DNA of 33,195 nucleotides from an uncultured virus (IMG/VR IMGVR_UViG_2049941000_000426). Its lineage: Duplodnaviria; Heunggongvirae; Uroviricota; Caudoviricetes. Position numbers and translations under genes: made by a program. Location of the stretch: the IMG/VR virus record IMGVR_UViG_2049941000_000426; one strand, given 5' to 3'. Shown piece after piece: positions 30,126 to 33,195 of the stretch (position 1 is its first letter; the number at the start of each line of letters is the position of its first letter). The notes beneath the pieces are model-generated. The model had not been told where the DNA came from and did not search any database. It worked only from the letters and a program-made list of their open reading frames with translations.

Positions 30126-30497
30126 TAGGTGCTGAAGCATGATGGGAACCCCGACCGCGCTTCCGACCGGGCTTGTCGACACCTGAAGGGATGAGCTTAT
30201 CGGCCGGCCGACGAACAGCGTGGACTCGTTTCCCCCGATTTCATTCCGTTCCCCGATACGCATGACGATCCGCCCGGCACGGCTCTTTGCCATGAACTCG
30301 GCCAGATACGGAACACAGAACTTGTTGTTCCAGCAGTCGTCGCCGATAATCGGTTCACAGCTGCAGATACAGGGAGTGTCTATGCCCATGTTTATCTGGA
30401 CTCGTTTCAGCGGGATATTGGCATCCTCATCGTCGTCGAGGACAAGTCTGAGATCCTGGACGGAGATGGCCGAAGATGTGTTGAAGAATTCCCCCAT
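30126..30497 (-). CDS. Hypothetical (possibly virion) protein, truncated at gap
   Basis: MGEFFNTSS start with GGAGG upstream. Confidence 0.5.
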
Positions 30498-30498
30498 C

Positions 30499-31050
30499 CT
30501 ACGGGTGCCTCCTTAGAAGACCGACACAGAACTCACCGGCGGCTTCCGGGAAGTCGTCGGTCCCTAGACGTTCCTTCAGCTTCTCGGACGGACTCCACTT
30601 CGGAAGGGCCTTGTAGGTGATGTTCAGGATGTTGCCCGAGATATAGTCCCAAGTCAATCCCCTGACCTCCAGTTCCCCGTCGTCGAAGGGAAGGGTCGTC
30701 TTGCCGTTCACGATGTCCACCGTGATGACCTGCGTCACGCCTTCTGAGGACGTGTATGAGAACGAGAGTTCGTCGGTAATCAATTCGTCTACACCGCTGG
30801 CCGGATCGGGGACGGGCTTGTAGGTCGTCGTTCTGGAGTACCGCGTGTCGTCGTCCGATGGCGCCCTGGTGAGCACGACGTATTTCGGACGGTTGTACCA
30901 TGTGACGGGCCATGGAATATTTGAACGCGTTGTAAAAAGTCTGGTTTCAGGCGGGGTCAGCTCCTTCTTGTAGGTGTTCGCCTTGTCCAGCCTGAGAATC
31001 TCCCTTCCCCAGGAGGAGGAAAGGGCGGACCGGACAAAGGTCTCCGTCAA
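30499..31050 (-). CDS. Hypothetical protein
   Basis: 183-aa ORF with a TTG start overlapping the upstream stop. Confidence 0.5.
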   Translation of the reverse strand: MTETFVRSALSSSWGREILRLDKANTYKKELTPPETRLFTTRSNIPWPVTWYNRPKYVVLTRAPSDDDTRYSRTTTYKPVPDPASGVDELITDELSFSYTSSEGVTQVITVDIVNGKTTLPFDDGELEVRGLTWDYISGNILNITYKALPKWSPSEKLKERLGTDDFPEAAGEFCVGLLRRHP

Positions 31051-32919
31051 CCACCCGCGGATGGCGTCATCCTTCTCCGGAAGGAGANNNNNNNNNNATC
31101 AGTGTCGCCGACGCCATACTGGCCGTTCCGTGCAAGATACGCCAGGAGGTCCTCAACATCTTCGCGGCGAAAGGGGGAAAGGCCGTCGACAGTGTCCAAG
31201 GGGCGTTTACACAGGCCGTCGCCACGACGCTTGCCGGCATAACGGCGTCCAAGGGAACGTTGCTGTCCTTGCTCTCCACCCTGGGGTCGTTCGCGATGCT
31301 TTCCCTTGTCCCGACGACATACAAGTTCGTTCTGACCCCAAAGCTNNNNNNNNNNCGCCCAGAACGAACTGTCGAGCATCGCCATAGGTCAAAGATCGTA
31401 CTATGAGATAGTGACGGACATCCATCCCTTCCGGGTGGATCCGAACGGGAACGGTGTCACACCTGATCTGATGCTGTCCAACGACAATCTCAGGCAGGGG
31501 AAGATAGCGGTTTACATAAAAGACCTTTGCGCGGCCTTGGCGGACTGGTACATGAAGGACGAGCTGGATGTCAGTGTCGCCGACGCCATACTGGCCGTCC
31601 CGTGCAAGATACGCCAGGAGGTCCTCAACATCTTCGCGGCGAAGGGTGGAAAGGCCGTAGACAGTGTCCAAGGGGCGTTTACACAGGCCGTCGCCACGAC
31701 GCTTGCCGGNNNNNNNNNNCTTGCGACAGGGACCGCCATAAACAGGGGATGGATCACGGGAGTCTCGTCAAGCACGACCGTGAAACGGTATCCGATCCAT
31801 GCGGTCAGCCTGAACAAACGGCTCGGGAACAAGTACATCCCGTCCTCCACCGCCGAGTCAAAGAAGACCGGCCTCACCAGCTGGGGGACATTGTACCGCT
31901 ATCCGGAGAACGCCAAGGGGGAAGGGACCCTTCTTGTCGACCCACCGCCTATTCTGGCAAACCTCATCGACTGCACCTCCAATACGTCTTATGTCGGGGA
32001 ACCGCCGAAGACGGTCGACAAGGGCGGGGAAGGATCGGACAAGAACTCGACCGGGGCCNNNNNNNNNNNNNNNNNNNNNNNNNNNNNNNNNNNNNNNNNN
32101 NNNNNNNNNNNNNNNNNNNNNNNNNNNNNNNNNNNNNNNNNNNNNNNNNNNNNNNNNNNNNNNNNNNNNNNNNNNNNNNNNNNNNNNNNNNNNNNNNNNN
32201 NNNNNNNNNNNNNNNNNNNNNNNNNNNNNNNNNNNNNNNNNNNNNNNNNNNNNNNNNNNNNNNNNNNNNNNNNNNNNNNNNNNNNNNNNNNNNNNNNNNN
32301 NNNNNNNNNNNNNNNNNNNNNNNNNNNNNNNNNNNNNNNNNNNNNNNNNNNNNNNNNNNNNNNNNNNNNNNNNNNNNNNNNNNNNNNNNNNNNNNNNNNN
32401 NNNNNNNNNNNNNNNNNNNNNNNNNNNNNNNNNNNNNNNNNNNNNNNNNNNNNNNNNNNNNNNNNNNNNNNNNNNNNNNNNNNNNNNNNNNNNNNNNNNN
32501 NNNNNNNNNNNNNNNNNNNNNNNNNNNNNNNNNNNNNNNNNNNNNNNNNNNNNNNNNNNNNNNNNNNNNNNNNNNNNNNNNNNNNNNNNNNNNNNNNNNN
32601 NNNNNNNNNNNNNNNNNNNNNNNNNNNNNNNNNNNNNNNNNNNNNNNNNNNNNNNNNNNNNNNNNNNNNNNNNNNNNNNNNNNNNNNNNNNNNNNNNNNN
32701 NNNNNNNNNNNNNNNNNNNNNNNNNNNNNNNNNNNNNNNNNNNNNNNNNNNNNNNNNNNNNNNNNNNNNNNNNNNNNNNNNNNNNNNNNNNNNNNNNNNN
32801 NNNNNNNNNNNNNNNNNNNNNNNNNNNNNNNNNNNNNNNNNNNNNNNNNNNNNNNNNNNNNNNNNNNNNNNNNNNNNNNNNNNNNNNNNNNNNNNNNNNN
32901 NNNNNNNNNNNNNNNNNNC

Positions 32920-33195
32920 ATGGTCCAGATACCAGAGCGGCATCTGATTGAGGGCCGTCGTCTTTCCGAGGAGACTCAGCGTTTCCTGGATGAAAGAGGA
33001 TATGAGCCTTCAACCGCCGACCTGGCGGATTTCACCGGAATGAGCGTCAAGCGGATCGAGGCCATCCGCTCCCACAGGGCGAACGTCTCGGAGTCCATGG
33101 CGACCAGTCCGGAAGGCGACCCGATGGCCTCCCAGCAGGAGGACTTGCAGAAGGCGTGGTGCGACTATGTCTACAATTCCCTTCCATCCTTCGAC
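32920..33195 (+). CDS. Partial sigma70-family sigma factor (regions 3 to 4; not in ORF track)
   Basis: Frame from 32920: MVQIPERHLIEGRRLSEETQRFLDERGYEPSTADLADFTGMSVKRIEAIRS...YVYNSLPSFD, matching the RxP...GREPTxxELAxxxGMS region-3 pattern. Confidence 0.7.
   Translation, partial: MVQIPERHLIEGRRLSEETQRFLDERGYEPSTADLADFTGMSVKRIEAIRSHRANVSESMATSPEGDPMASQQEDLQKAWCDYVYNSLPSFD

Noticed and set aside
1604..31709. Many tandem near-duplicates beside 10-N gaps (1604-2048, 13310-13469 vs ~14520-14680, ~15250-15375, ~22510-22822, ~24540-24730, 31098-31709)
   Set aside because: Each abuts a gap and differs by a few mostly synonymous SNPs. These are strain-variant bubbles or scaffold overlaps, not real repeats.

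Overview
Fragmented metagenomic scaffold of a fairly GC-rich dsDNA bacteriophage. There are many 10-N joins, often flanked by overlapping allelic duplicates. Most of the window is a minus-strand, translationally coupled replication/recombination module: RuvC-like resolvase, metallophosphoesterase, a four-part prokaryotic ubiquitin-like cassette (Ubl, E2-like, JAB, E1/ThiF), a Cys-rich ORF, a retron-type reverse transcriptase, Mre11/SbcD, a GcvH-like lipoyl carrier, Rad50/SbcC, SF2 helicase, DnaB-like helicase, primase, dUTPase, family-A DNA polymerase, SSB and RecA/UvsX-like recombinase. Four things stand out. (1) The retron-type RT has no room for its ncRNA next to the gene, but a ~285-nt co-oriented structured region with retron msr-msd-like architecture lies about 5 kb away. 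(2) The ubiquitin-like cassette is in the same apparent operon. (3) An unannotated group I intron sits in polA motif B in one of two alleles. (4) A 20-bp palindrome recurs five times, mostly inside genes. All calls come from reading motifs by eye; no database searches were run, and contig order across N gaps is uncertain.
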